Shown here one piece after another: positions 29,990 through 40,298 of a stretch of DNA of 64,000 bases. The stretch is taken from the NCBI GenBank assembly GCA_963713615.1, contig CAVQMM010000001.1, positions 2,016,001-2,080,000 of the forward strand. The letters run 5' to 3'. Source of the DNA: an uncultured Chlamydiae bacterium (lineage in GTDB: Bacteria; Chlamydiota; Chlamydiia; Chlamydiales; JAJFMA01). How positions within the stretch are numbered: position 1 is the stretch's first letter; the number at the start of each line of letters is the position of its first letter. The notes beneath the pieces were generated by a model that had not been told where the DNA came from, did not search any database, and worked only from the letters and a program-made list of their open reading frames with translations. The translations under genes were made by a program, and so were the position numbers.

Positions 29990-30895
29990 TTAGCGATTGC
30001 CTATGTAATAGAGTGGCGTCCAACCTTTGGTGTCAACAATATTCGCATTAGCACCACCCTCCATAAGCAACCGCGTCACCTTGACGTCTTTTCTCTTTAC
30101 GGCCAGATGAAAAGCGGTAGAGCCATCGATATCTTGCATATCTAGCGGAGCTTCGGCCTCGAGAAGCGTGCGAATAAGGGGAATACTCCCAGAAAGAACA
30201 GCCCAATGCATGGGGGTAAACCCAAAGCGATTAGCAAGCCGTACCTCAGCTCCTTTTTGCAGCAACAGTTTGGCTATTTCGTGAAAACCATCTTTGGCAG
30301 CCCAATGCAAGGGCGTCGCATGATAAGTGGTAACGGCTGTGACGTCAGCGTCATGGGATAGAAGTATGCGTACACACTCTGTAAAACCTTCGGCCGCCGC
30401 CCAATGCAATGGAGTGAAACCCAAATCACTGGCAGCATTGACATGCGCACCATTGCGGATGAGATGGCAAATCATCTCTTCATTCCCAAGACGCGCAGCC
30501 CAAAGCAGCGGCGTTTCCAGACGAGAGGTAGCGCAGTTCACCTCCGCTTTATGCTGAATAAGCAGCTCCACGATCGGAACATGGCCACCCACAATGGCAT
30601 AATGAAGGGCTGTCCACCCATTATGATCTTGCTCAGAGCAGTTACAGCCACTTTCTAGCATGGTTTTAACGGAGGAAATACAACCAAGGAATGCAGCCTT
30701 TTGAAGCGGTGATTGTTGCGATAGACATTCCTCTGAGCGCTCAACATAGAGTCTAACAACCCAAGGAGCATCCAAGTTAGCGTCAGAAAGAGGAAAGTAT
30801 CTCCCCGCTGCCAAGAGCCTGGGGAGGTCATGATCATCATTTTTCTTAAAGGCTTGGGCGAATTCGGAAGGTCTAAATGTCGATTGATCACTCAT
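29990..30895 (-). CDS. Ankyrin-repeat protein (tandem paralog)
   Basis: Colinear with 28948-29850, including the N-terminal PLSDANLDA...EECLS.QSPLQKAAFLG. Confidence 0.92.
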   Translation of the reverse strand: MSDQSTFRPSEFAQAFKKNDDHDLPRLLAAGRYFPLSDANLDAPWVVRLYVERSEECLSQQSPLQKAAFLGCISSVKTMLESGCNCSEQDHNGWTALHYAIVGGHVPIVELLIQHKAEVNCATSRLETPLLWAARLGNEEMICHLIRNGAHVNAASDLGFTPLHWAAAEGFTECVRILLSHDADVTAVTTYHATPLHWAAKDGFHEIAKLLLQKGAEVRLANRFGFTPMHWAVLSGSIPLIRTLLEAEAPLDMQDIDGSTAFHLAVKRKDVKVTRLLMEGGANANIVDTKGWTPLYYIGNR

Positions 30896-30996
30896 ATTTT
30901 TTTCTCAGTTTAGAACGGCCTTCCGTGTTGTAGCAACTTTTTAAATATTTGACTAATTGTGATACCATTTACGAAATCATGCAACCCATTTAAAGA

Positions 30997-32307
30997 CTAA
31001 CGAGAAAGTACCGCTACATAGCGGTCGAGCTGCTCGATGTTTTTTGTTTCCGTTACTGCTACGAGAAGTTGGTTGGCGCGTTCCGGGTAGTAGCGTCCGA
31101 GGTCGAGCCCAGGCTCGATTCCACTCTCTTTGAAGCGCGCACGAATCTCTTTAATAGGCTTTGAAAATTCAACCACAAATTCATTAAGGATGGGCTGTGA
31201 AGTATCAACCTTCACACCAGCTATAAGGGATAGACGCTCTCGAAGATAGGAGGCACGCTGAAAGTTGGTCAAGGCCAGCTCTTTGAGGCCTTCCTTACCA
31301 TACCAAAGCACTGCGACCAGGCTTGCCAGGGCAGCCAAAGACTGATTCGTACAAATATTCGACGTCGCTTTTTCGCGGCGTATATGTTGCTCACGCGCCT
31401 GAAGGGTGAGTACAAAGCCTCGCCGGCCCTCGGCATCAGTCGTTTCGCCGACTAAACGCCCAGGCAGCTGACGAACCCACTCCTTCCTACAAGCCATGTA
31501 GCCAGCGTACGGACCGCCAAACTGCAGTGGAATGCCGAATGGCTGCATATCACCAACAGCAATATCCGCTCCGATATCGGCGGCGGAGGCATACAAGCCA
31601 TATACCAAAGGATTAGCGCATACAATACCCAAAGCACCTTTGTCACGCCCACAAGCAAAGATAGGAGCGACATCATCAATGACACCGAAGAAGTTGGGTC
31701 GTTGGATAAGTACTGCGGCTGTCTGATCATTAATCAACGCCTTCAGCTGCTCGCAAGGGGCCGTGATAATATCAAGATTGTGACTCCCAAGATATTGTAA
31801 AACAACCGCACGATAATGCGGGTGCAGACTATCGGCCAATAGAATACGATGGCGATCGGGTCGACAACGCAAACTCATCAAAACTGCCTCTGCGCAGGCG
31901 CCAGCGCCATCATATACGGAAGCATTAGCGATATCGAGGCCTGTTAGGGCACATACGGCGGATTGAAACTCAAAGATTGCCTGGAGAAGCCCTTGAGACA
32001 TCTCTGCCTGATAAGGGGTATAGGCTGTGAGAAACTCCGACTTACTACAAATAGCGCCGACCAAAGTAGGCACATGATGCTCATAAGCTCCGGCGCCTAA
32101 GTAGCTTTCGAATGCTGGAAAAGTATTTTCGTTTGCGATCCCTTCCAGCAAACGCAATCCTTCATACTCAGATAAGCCATCGTCACCAACTGGAGGACGA
32201 CGCATTAACTCTGTGGGTATGGCCTGAAAAAGCTCTTCGACATTACTTAACCCTAGCAAAGCTAACATCTCACGCCTTTGCTTGTCCTTATTTGCGACAA
32301 AATCCAT
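30997..32307 (-). CDS. gcvPA: Glycine dehydrogenase subunit 1
   Basis: FLTAYTPYQAE, NASVYDG, LQAREQHIRREKATSNICTNQ. Confidence 0.96.
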   Translation of the reverse strand: MDFVANKDKQRREMLALLGLSNVEELFQAIPTELMRRPPVGDDGLSEYEGLRLLEGIANENTFPAFESYLGAGAYEHHVPTLVGAICSKSEFLTAYTPYQAEMSQGLLQAIFEFQSAVCALTGLDIANASVYDGAGACAEAVLMSLRCRPDRHRILLADSLHPHYRAVVLQYLGSHNLDIITAPCEQLKALINDQTAAVLIQRPNFFGVIDDVAPIFACGRDKGALGIVCANPLVYGLYASAADIGADIAVGDMQPFGIPLQFGGPYAGYMACRKEWVRQLPGRLVGETTDAEGRRGFVLTLQAREQHIRREKATSNICTNQSLAALASLVAVLWYGKEGLKELALTNFQRASYLRERLSLIAGVKVDTSQPILNEFVVEFSKPIKEIRARFKESGIEPGLDLGRYYPERANQLLVAVTETKNIEQLDRYVAVLSR

Positions 32308-32317
32308 GCGACCTAAG

Positions 32318-32680
32318 CTATTTTCCTACGAGTTTTTGATACGCTTCTTCTTCCATGAGCTGCGACAGCTCCGCGGTATCGCTGAGTTCCACCTTAAACA
32401 ACCAACCATCCTGTTGCGGCGATTGATTAACGGTCTCTGGGGATTGCTTAAGCGCTGTATTGATAGCTATAATCTTCCCTGAAACGGGAGAATACACATC
32501 GGCAGCCGCTTTGGTAGACTCTAGGACGACAGCTTCGTCACCTTTTTTGACGACTTTGCCTATTTGAGGCAATTCAATGTACACGATGTCTCCAAGCTCC
32601 TTCTGGGCATATTGTGTGACACCGACAGTGCCTACCTTGGCATCCACAGCAATCCATTCATGCGATTCAGTATATTTCAT
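32318..32680 (-). CDS. gcvH: Glycine cleavage system H protein
   Basis: YTESHEW; LESTKAAADVYSPVSG lipoyl-Lys motif. Confidence 0.97.
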   Translation of the reverse strand: MKYTESHEWIAVDAKVGTVGVTQYAQKELGDIVYIELPQIGKVVKKGDEAVVLESTKAAADVYSPVSGKIIAINTALKQSPETVNQSPQQDGWLFKVELSDTAELSQLMEEEAYQKLVGK

Positions 32681-32701
32681 GCCTAATGATCCCTCACTAA
32701 A

Positions 32702-33775
32702 CTAAGCTTTATAGAATGGTAGTTTGAGCACTTCGCCCTTAAGACGGCGATTGCGCACCTCGATCTCTACCCTTTCTCCGATAGCGAGGTTATGACTAAC
32801 CATCACTATAGCAATCCCCTTTTGTAGACAGGGTGAATGTGATCCTGATGTCACAATACCTATCTCACGACCACTTTTATATACCCTACAGCCCGCTCGG
32901 GGAATCCCGTCGTCTAAGAGAGCTATACCATGCTGTGAGCGTCTATCGGGACTATTCTGAAGAAGAAGGAGTGCCTCCTGTCCCAAAAAATCGCCCTTTT
33001 TCCACTTCACGGTCCACGAAGAAATACTCTCCGTGGGGGCAATATCGTCGGTAAGCTCGTGGCCATACAAAGCATAACCGGCTTCCAGGCGTAATGTGTC
33101 ACGAGCCCCAAGACCCGCAGGCTGAACACCAAATCCTCTACCAATAGACAACAGCTGCTGCCATAGGGAGGGCAAAAGGGCGTTAGGAGCCATAATTTCA
33201 TACCCACCAGAGCCGGTATAGCCCGTTCTAGAAACTGTAACTGGGATGCCTTGAAATGGCAGTATGGTGAAACACATCGCGCTAAGCAACCAGCTACCAG
33301 GAAAGATTTCGTGAACCAAAGCATCCGCCATAGGGCCTTGAACCGCAATAATTCCATCCTGGTCATATCGAGGGGTAATATGCACGCGATAACTGCGCGC
33401 CAATTTAGTCAGGTGTTCTAGGTCTTTAAGGCGGTTGCTGGCATTAACGACCACAAAAGCCTCTGTGGCTTTTTGGCGATAGACGATAATATCGTCCACA
33501 CTGCCCCCTTGAGGCGAAGCCATGACGGTGTAAATAGCCTGATAATCCGACTGCCCAGCAATTGTATTTGTACATGCAAAATCGAGGAAAGCCTCAGCTT
33601 CGGGACCGGTGACGAAAATACGGCCCATATGAGATACGTCAAAAAGGCCAACATACTTGCGGACAGCGAAATGTTCGTGAATAACCCCCTCATAAGAAAG
33701 CGGCATTTCCCAACCAGCAAAATCTACCATTTTCGCCCCTAGGGCTACATGCTCGCCATAAAGAGCAGTTCTCAT
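32702..33775 (-). CDS. gcvT: Aminomethyltransferase
   Basis: FAGWEMP, FDVSHMG, SRTGYTG, GARDTLRLEAG. Confidence 0.96.
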   Translation of the reverse strand: MRTALYGEHVALGAKMVDFAGWEMPLSYEGVIHEHFAVRKYVGLFDVSHMGRIFVTGPEAEAFLDFACTNTIAGQSDYQAIYTVMASPQGGSVDDIIVYRQKATEAFVVVNASNRLKDLEHLTKLARSYRVHITPRYDQDGIIAVQGPMADALVHEIFPGSWLLSAMCFTILPFQGIPVTVSRTGYTGSGGYEIMAPNALLPSLWQQLLSIGRGFGVQPAGLGARDTLRLEAGYALYGHELTDDIAPTESISSWTVKWKKGDFLGQEALLLLQNSPDRRSQHGIALLDDGIPRAGCRVYKSGREIGIVTSGSHSPCLQKGIAIVMVSHNLAIGERVEIEVRNRRLKGEVLKLPFYKA

Positions 33776-34503
33776 GCAGAAAGCCTTAGACTCGCCCATA
33801 AACTTGGTTGCTGTTCAACCTGAAAATCGCGGGAACAAACAGCAAAATGTTGAGGATTATCTCCAGGCCGATTAATGCGGTAGGTGAAACCTAATCGGTC
33901 GAATTGATCAGGATCATATCCATGCAAGCAGTGAGCGGGTATGAAGAGATCCAGACTATATTCCTCAGCACCTAGATGCGGTGTCACCTTCAATTCCTTA
34001 GGATCACACCATTCATGGACATCTTCGGTCCTAAAGCGAGTGATCTCACCAGCCACATGCCCATCAATAGCTTGCGGAAGAAAGAAGAAGTGATGGCAAA
34101 AGCGTGTACTAAACCCGGAAGCTTTGGAATCACGCGTATCGATAAATAGCTCGACACTATCGCCATTACGGATTTCAGGAAAGAATGCCCGCTCAAACGG
34201 CTTAGTAGTAGAAACCGTTGCCCTGATGCCATCTTTGTTCCAGGCGATAGCGACAGAGGCAAATGGGTTTTCAGCACAAAGAGCGCTCAGCCGCGGCAAC
34301 ATATACTGACGCGATAACGCGGAAGTCTTTGACTGCTCGTTGTGACGTCGACATATTGCCGAAACGGAAAAGAAACTCACAGGACTAATTTTAAAGGATT
34401 CATCCGCTAAGGGGTTGCTGCCTTCTGAAGTGTCGCTGCTCTTTTCGTGCCAAAGGTCATTGCCGTCCGTATGATGTTTACGGACTGTCTTGTGTCTCCT
34501 CAC
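33772..34503 (-). CDS. Conserved hypothetical protein (DOMON/CBM9-like motif); start uncertain
   Basis: GDSVELFIDTRD motif; ATGA-coupled to gcvT. Confidence 0.65.
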   Translation of the reverse strand: MRRHKTVRKHHTDGNDLWHEKSSDTSEGSNPLADESFKISPVSFFSVSAICRRHNEQSKTSALSRQYMLPRLSALCAENPFASVAIAWNKDGIRATVSTTKPFERAFFPEIRNGDSVELFIDTRDSKASGFSTRFCHHFFFLPQAIDGHVAGEITRFRTEDVHEWCDPKELKVTPHLGAEEYSLDLFIPAHCLHGYDPDQFDRLGFTYRINRPGDNPQHFAVCSRDFQVEQQPSLWASLRLSA

Positions 34504-36940
34504 GCGTGCCTCCTACTGAAGAACGATGTTTTGCACCGCTCTCATCACGCTCCAGATAACCGAAGCTGATTGCGTTCTTTTCTTTGATCTTATGTAGGAC
34601 CTGGTACATCAACATACGTTCGCCTTCATCAGCTAGCTCAGCCTGAGCTTTGCTAATCTGCTGTCCGGCAACAACGCTGTTTTGTGCTGGTCCGATTTGT
34701 TTTAATTGAAAAAACCAGAGCTCCCCAGTGGGCCGACTGGCCACATCTGTCCACTGATGAGGTGTCAGAGCAAAAATCACCTCACGCCCTTGCGAGGCAG
34801 CATCATCGCTGCGTCGAAGGGATAGGGAACTTTGCTGTAGCTTCCACTGGTCAGCTAAAGCCTCGGCAGGTGCAAGATGATCTGGCTCAGCCTTGGCTTT
34901 GGCAGGAGCTACCCACTCTTCAACCTTTGTAGGGTCCTTCTGAATGGCAGTACGAGCCTGTCGAACATACCACAATAGGCGGTTAGCTGCGGCGCCATTA
35001 GTCCCTAATGCTACAGAAGACTCTCCGCCGCCTTGCTGGTCGCGGTATTCCTTTTCGATAGCGCTAAGAAGATCTTTGTAATAGTCAGTAGCCACGAGAT
35101 CCTGAACTTCCTCAATAGGCTTCCACGATTGATCACCCTGGCGATATTTTGTGGGCTCGGTGGCTCGGATTTTCTGGTAGAAGGGATCTAACACTGCCTG
35201 TACTTGCTTATTGAGGGCATCGCCTTTGGCAGCTTCAGCGAAGGTGAAAATCTCCCAACCTTGGCCACGATCGATGACATCAATTCGGTAGTAGTTGCGC
35301 TTATCTCCGGAAAAACGCTGAAGCTTTGCTTGGGCCTCTTTAGCTATGGGAGAGGCTTCTTCAACATCATTCAATGGAGCTGCATCGAGCAGCTTAATGA
35401 ATCCCTCGCGATCCTCAACGCCTATGAGTGGTAGAGCCCCTTCTTTTAAGGTAACGTTTAGAGCACGGCGTTCCGCTTTGGCACCGGCTAGAGCATCATC
35501 CATCCAATCGGGATGTGCCTCCACAATGGCGGAACGTGCAAAGTCATCAACGCGTGCACGAGTGGTGGGGTCGAGGACATCTAGTAGGGCAAAGCGTTCC
35601 GAAGAATTGCTAGCTTTTTTCGTGGCCAGCTCGGGAAATTCCTTCTTGAGTAGCTCCCAATGATCATCTTGAACTTCCCAATTCCACATTTCCCTGACGC
35701 CTACACGTCCTTGAAGGCTTTTCTTGCTCACTTCGGCGATATCCACCAGATAGCGTTTGTGGACTAATTCAGGATACTTTTGTTGCACCTGAGCAGGTGT
35801 GAGAAAGCGAGTAGGCAGTGCTAGTGGTGTTTTGCGTGAAGCGGGATCTGAAACGGCGTTGAGATAGACCTCAAATTTCTGTAAAGCTCGAAAATCCTGC
35901 AGACGCACTGCATCAGGAAGTTGGTACAGAGTACCTTCAGCGGTCTCCAGCGCGTAGTTGGTATATTGCAGAAACAGCTGAGGATCCACAAAAATTGCCG
36001 ACCCAACGCCATCGAAAAGCCTTCGGAACAGCAACACCTGCTGCCATATTTTTACAGCGCGTACCTCATCCATGCCCATGCGGCGCAATTGTTCATTCAT
36101 GTACTGGCGTGGAGTAGCACCAATATTAACCTGATTGCTAAGCTCTTTGAAGCTTAGTTCCGCTTGAAAGATTAGGTCTGCAAGAGCTTCTTGAAAAGAG
36201 ACCTCATAACCTTTCGACTGGGCAATCTTAGCGGCATTGATAATAAACTCACTGACCAGGCGCACGAAACGGGGTCCAAACCAGTCCTCGAAGGTATGAT
36301 ATCCAAAAAGCGAGAGATCAGTACGGGGAAGGTTAGGATCTGGTGCTATCCAATTATACTGCTGCTCTTGATAGCGAAGTACCTGAGATAAGACTTGTGC
36401 TGGAAACTGTTGTTCGGCGAGATACAACTGAACGCGGGCATTAAAAGATTCTGGTTTCACAGCCTCTTCTGTAGCACGAAGAACATCTAGGTTCTTTTTG
36501 ACATCAGGGGCAAAGTAGGTCCAAGCGGCATCAGCGCTAATAAAACGTGCGGAGGGATGAACGTAGAAGGTAGCACCGCGTTCACGCTTTAACCTGGGCT
36601 CAAGATCACCCTTAAGGTAGTCGCTATATTGTACAACCAATTGTTCTGCTAGCCCCGTGCGTAAAAAATCATTTACGATGACGCCATCATTGAGAAAATT
36701 GTTACCCCAAGTTCCGCCTGCATTTCTCTTCATCGCAGCATCGGTGCCAAGGAAGAGGGCCATGCCCTCGAGGTCGGAAATGCGTATGTCCTGCCCATCA
36801 ACAGCGACAAATGCAGTACGGTCTGTATGCGATGTGGTTTCTATCGAGCTGTAGGTGCCGAAGAAGGAAAACGACAGCACGATGATCGTTGTGACAACGA
36901 TGAAGAAGTAGCGTTGATATTTTCGGAAAAATTGCAACAT
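34478..36940 (-). CDS. Conserved chlamydial membrane-anchored protein (PpiD/SurA-like N-terminus)
   Basis: MLQFFRKYQR plus TM segment (SFSFFG); 820 aa; syntenic between gcvH and lipoate ligase as in Chlamydia. Confidence 0.7.
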   Translation of the reverse strand: MLQFFRKYQRYFFIVVTTIIVLSFSFFGTYSSIETTSHTDRTAFVAVDGQDIRISDLEGMALFLGTDAAMKRNAGGTWGNNFLNDGVIVNDFLRTGLAEQLVVQYSDYLKGDLEPRLKRERGATFYVHPSARFISADAAWTYFAPDVKKNLDVLRATEEAVKPESFNARVQLYLAEQQFPAQVLSQVLRYQEQQYNWIAPDPNLPRTDLSLFGYHTFEDWFGPRFVRLVSEFIINAAKIAQSKGYEVSFQEALADLIFQAELSFKELSNQVNIGATPRQYMNEQLRRMGMDEVRAVKIWQQVLLFRRLFDGVGSAIFVDPQLFLQYTNYALETAEGTLYQLPDAVRLQDFRALQKFEVYLNAVSDPASRKTPLALPTRFLTPAQVQQKYPELVHKRYLVDIAEVSKKSLQGRVGVREMWNWEVQDDHWELLKKEFPELATKKASNSSERFALLDVLDPTTRARVDDFARSAIVEAHPDWMDDALAGAKAERRALNVTLKEGALPLIGVEDREGFIKLLDAAPLNDVEEASPIAKEAQAKLQRFSGDKRNYYRIDVIDRGQGWEIFTFAEAAKGDALNKQVQAVLDPFYQKIRATEPTKYRQGDQSWKPIEEVQDLVATDYYKDLLSAIEKEYRDQQGGGESSVALGTNGAAANRLLWYVRQARTAIQKDPTKVEEWVAPAKAKAEPDHLAPAEALADQWKLQQSSLSLRRSDDAASQGREVIFALTPHQWTDVASRPTGELWFFQLKQIGPAQNSVVAGQQISKAQAELADEGERMLMYQVLHKIKEKNAISFGYLERDESGAKHRSSVGGTREETQDSP

Positions 36941-37018
36941 ACGCAGACGAACTCCCTCAATTTTTTACACAATTCCGCAAATTAATCAGGTTAATGCTAC
37001 CAGAGGCGCTGCTTTCTC

Positions 37019-37444
37019 TCAAACTTTTTTTGGTAGTGGTTGCTTAGTCCAACGTGCGACTGGAATGATTTGGATGCCTCCGCGAGGCGTAAACTCACCG
37101 CGTACCTCAATAGAATGAGGGTCTAAAGTTTTCACCAAGTCATCGCATATACGATTGACGATAAACTCCGCAAACATGCCCACATTGCGAAAACCCGCTA
37201 GATAGAGCTTAAGACTCTTGGATTCCACGAGCCATTGATCCGGTACAAACGTGACAAATATGGTTCCAAAATCAGGCTGGTTGGTGACTGGACACAGACT
37301 GGTATATTCGTCGCAGATCAGGTTCACCTCATAATTGGAGTTAGGCCATCGATTGGGGATAGCCTCCAGAATTTTACTATCGACTTCCTGAGGCAGTGGA
37401 ACTTTGTTTCCAAGTGCTGTAAAAGTCATTTCAGAGGGGTTCAT
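37019..37444 (-). CDS. queF: 7-cyano-7-deazaguanine reductase (type I QueF)
   Basis: EYTSLCPVTNQPDFG, VESKSLKLYL, FTPRGGI. Confidence 0.92.
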   Translation of the reverse strand: MNPSEMTFTALGNKVPLPQEVDSKILEAIPNRWPNSNYEVNLICDEYTSLCPVTNQPDFGTIFVTFVPDQWLVESKSLKLYLAGFRNVGMFAEFIVNRICDDLVKTLDPHSIEVRGEFTPRGGIQIIPVARWTKQPLPKKV

Positions 37445-37471
37445 AGAATTCTCCTTGAATGATGATCATTT

Positions 37472-38191
37472 TTATAATAGCTCGCCAAAGCACTCGACAA
37501 GTAGTTGTCGCAGCTGCTGTCGCCCTTCGCGAAGCGCTTCGTTTGTGGGATAAGGGCCCATTAATGGGTAGCTGACAGCTCGCATACCTGCGGCAACATG
37601 CGTCCCTGGTAGCAGGACTTCCGCCAGACATTCCTCATCCACCAGTCCAAGACAAATAGAACCCTGATGAAGAAGCCCGTGACGAGTGCGTCGCTGAGCT
37701 GCTCCGCCGACCTTGCGACCATCAAGCATGACATCATAGTGCGTGGGATGAGCCATACAGAAATGTTGAACAGCACTATCGCATGGTAGGGTGGGTGTAA
37801 CAAGTAGCATGGGATTGGGGTGTGCGGCCTTAAATCTCTCGATGACCCGCAAAACAATTCCGTTAATATAGGCGTAGTTAGCTAGCGTACTATGCGAAAA
37901 ACTTGGATGACTGGCGGGTAGCAATAGCGAAAAGGCTAGATCATTAGTGTGGAAAATGATTCCACCACCAGTAGGCCGACGTGCACAATGAATTTCCCAC
38001 TTCTCTAGGCCTGCAGCTATTAGGTGAGCCAAGGGATCGACAAAATATCCATAGGTTAAGGAATTTCCTAACCAATCATATAGGTGCAAAATAGGTAATG
38101 AGCCATCAGCCAAGTCGCGAAGTAACATCGCATCCTGACGCATGTTTTCATCTGCAGTAGCTGGACCTGTATCGAGAACTTTGCAATTCAT
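37472..38191 (-). CDS. Lipoate-protein ligase/octanoyltransferase family
   Basis: ENMRQD, RRPTGGG, RKVGGAAQRR, LHQGSI. Confidence 0.88.
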   Translation of the reverse strand: MNCKVLDTGPATADENMRQDAMLLRDLADGSLPILHLYDWLGNSLTYGYFVDPLAHLIAAGLEKWEIHCARRPTGGGIIFHTNDLAFSLLLPASHPSFSHSTLANYAYINGIVLRVIERFKAAHPNPMLLVTPTLPCDSAVQHFCMAHPTHYDVMLDGRKVGGAAQRRTRHGLLHQGSICLGLVDEECLAEVLLPGTHVAAGMRAVSYPLMGPYPTNEALREGRQQLRQLLVECFGELL

Positions 38192-38291
38192 GATCTTTCC
38201 ACATGTTCAATGGAAAGAGCATATCAGCTAGAAGGACAGAGTGCAACAGCTAGGCATTGGCTAAAAGTTAGTTCATGGAAGGAAACGACCT

Positions 38292-39176
38292 CTAGATAGC
38301 TTTGGAAGAGTCCTCATGGTGAAGCCGCAGATAAACCGGAATCTCATGCCCATCTTCATCCAAAGATCCTGTGTAGGTGTAGTCGATACGAGTCTTGTAA
38401 ACGAGTGCATTTTTTCGACTCCAAACGGCCTTTCCGTCGATCTCACCCGACATTTGGAGATGTTGAGGCGACTTTGCCTCTGCCTTATGGGCTAATGCAT
38501 CTCCATGAATTTCTACAGAATCAAATCCCCCATGAATCACCGCACGAACTTCCGAATCGGTAATATTGGCTATTTTGTAGGTTATCTTCATGGGAACGCT
38601 ATGGTCAGCACCTAGTGCTAATTGAATCGTATATTCATCACCCACATGTAGATCACGGCCCGCAAGAGCGAAGAGGTTTTGTAATAGCTCCGACAGCAGA
38701 TTGGTCGTACGAAAGCCGCCTAGCTGTTCCAGGCTACGAGATAACTTTACAAAGTCTTTGGAATCGGACTCCACTGCAAGATTAGCTCCAACAGCAACTT
38801 TGACAGGTCTTCCAATGACTTTAGCGACTTCACTCATGAGTGGAGACTTTTCAGGGTTGCTAGAATCAAAAGAGACTGAATGCCCTCTAGCATCAATGCC
38901 AACTTTCAAAGATTCGATGACGACATTGAGATCTAGAGGAGGGTGCAAAGCTACCTGCTGTTGACCATCGCCAGTGACAGTCAGTTTAGCTTGAATTTCC
39001 TGATGGGCTATTGAAGGGACTGTTTTATGGGGATCCCCATGTGTCAATTCGACATGTACAGTACTCGTTTGCAGCACCGGTTGGTTCGCTAGATATTGTA
39101 GACGTACCGAATCGGATCCCGCCACAAGGAAAGAAGGGATAATCATTGTCGCTATAAACTGATAAAACTTGGCCAT
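38292..39176 (-). CDS. Hypothetical exported beta-rich protein
   Basis: 294-aa ORF with a signal-like N-terminus; family not recognised. Confidence 0.65.
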   Translation of the reverse strand: MAKFYQFIATMIIPSFLVAGSDSVRLQYLANQPVLQTSTVHVELTHGDPHKTVPSIAHQEIQAKLTVTGDGQQQVALHPPLDLNVVIESLKVGIDARGHSVSFDSSNPEKSPLMSEVAKVIGRPVKVAVGANLAVESDSKDFVKLSRSLEQLGGFRTTNLLSELLQNLFALAGRDLHVGDEYTIQLALGADHSVPMKITYKIANITDSEVRAVIHGGFDSVEIHGDALAHKAEAKSPQHLQMSGEIDGKAVWSRKNALVYKTRIDYTYTGSLDEDGHEIPVYLRLHHEDSSKAI

Positions 39177-39312
39177 TCTGACATCCCATGGGTTGCTTTT
39201 TTTTGGCAGCTAGCAACACTAGCCGACATTTAAGCGTTTACTAAACAAAAAATGAGGCTTGTATTGCAAGTTTTTTCTTCGATCGCTAGGGGTAGGGTGG
39301 GCGAGTAACCTC

Positions 39313-39341
39313 TTGACAACCACGGTTTTTGCTGTCATAAT
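39313..39341 (+). promoter_or_regulatory. Sigma66/70-type promoter
   Basis: TTGACA-N17-CATAAT upstream of 39381, which has a GGGAGG RBS. Confidence 0.65.
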
Positions 39342-39380
39342 ATTTCGAGCAACCAAGTAAGTTAATGGGGAGGTCGTATT

Positions 39381-39782
39381 GTGAGTGCAAGTGCATTAGT
39401 TGTGTCAGCAAACAGGCTTTTGAGTCTCGGTATAAGCGTCGGCTCCGCAGAAGTTGTGGGACGTAACGCCAACTACATTGGAGGTACCTCCTATCCCGCC
39501 GGGGTTGGCGCCATGGCAGGCATTATTCAGTATTCCCTGCATGCTGCCTTAGAACCCACATGGACTGCCATTAGGATTAGTATGCAGCTCAACCCTCTGG
39601 GGCAGGCTCTGTTCTGGTTGGCACAAGTATTGGTAGAAGCCCTTGTAACAGCGGTAGCCATGCAACAGGTTTTCAAACGTGGGCTATCAACACAGCAGGC
39701 AACCGTCCTCTCTGCTGAAAGCACGCTTTGTGCAGCGGTGACAACATTCCTGGTCGATGCCGTTCGCAAATCGCTAGCCTAG
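39381..39782 (+). CDS. Small hydrophobic hypothetical protein
   Basis: GTG start with strong RBS and promoter; several hydrophobic segments. Confidence 0.65.
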   Translation: MSASALVVSANRLLSLGISVGSAEVVGRNANYIGGTSYPAGVGAMAGIIQYSLHAALEPTWTAIRISMQLNPLGQALFWLAQVLVEALVTAVAMQQVFKRGLSTQQATVLSAESTLCAAVTTFLVDAVRKSLA

Positions 39783-39832
39783 TGGAAGTGTGCCGGAATG
39801 CGGTGGTTCTTGAATGGACGAAAGGACTAAAA

Positions 39833-40264
39833 GAGGTAATTGCAAAATTATTTGAGCCCTTGAGAATCGATTCTCAGAAAAAAAGGTTACCTTTTTATGC
39901 GAGAAGGCGATTCTGGAGAGCTCAAATGGCATGGCACTATCTAGTCTGGAGAGACAGGCTTTTATCCCTTTCTAGGCCCGAAGGGTCGATATTGCAACAG
40001 GCCGGGGCATCGCCCTGGTATATGCCAAGGGGGATTTCGCAGTCTGAAAGACTGCCACAAGACGTCTGTATTCACACGCTATTTATGCAAGCGCCTTATG
40101 GCAGTCTTTCAGACTGCGAAATCCCTTCCTGGAATATACCAGGGCGATGCCATGGCCTGTTGCAATATCGACCCTTCGGGCCTGGGAAGGGAATGACTCT
40201 CTCTTCACCGGCATCCGACTTTCAGGAAATTGACTTCGGAAAATCGGACTTCTGCAATTACCTC
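39833..40264. mobile_element. MITE-A, complete uninterrupted copy (432 bp), inside a family-B palindrome
   Basis: TIR GAGGTAATTGCA(A/G)AA; long internal inverted arms; flanked by GTTCTTGAATGGACGAAAGGAC...GTCCTTTCGTCCATTCAAGAAC. Confidence 0.85.
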
Positions 40265-40298
40265 TTTAGGTCCTTTCGTCCATTCAAGAACGATGCCG

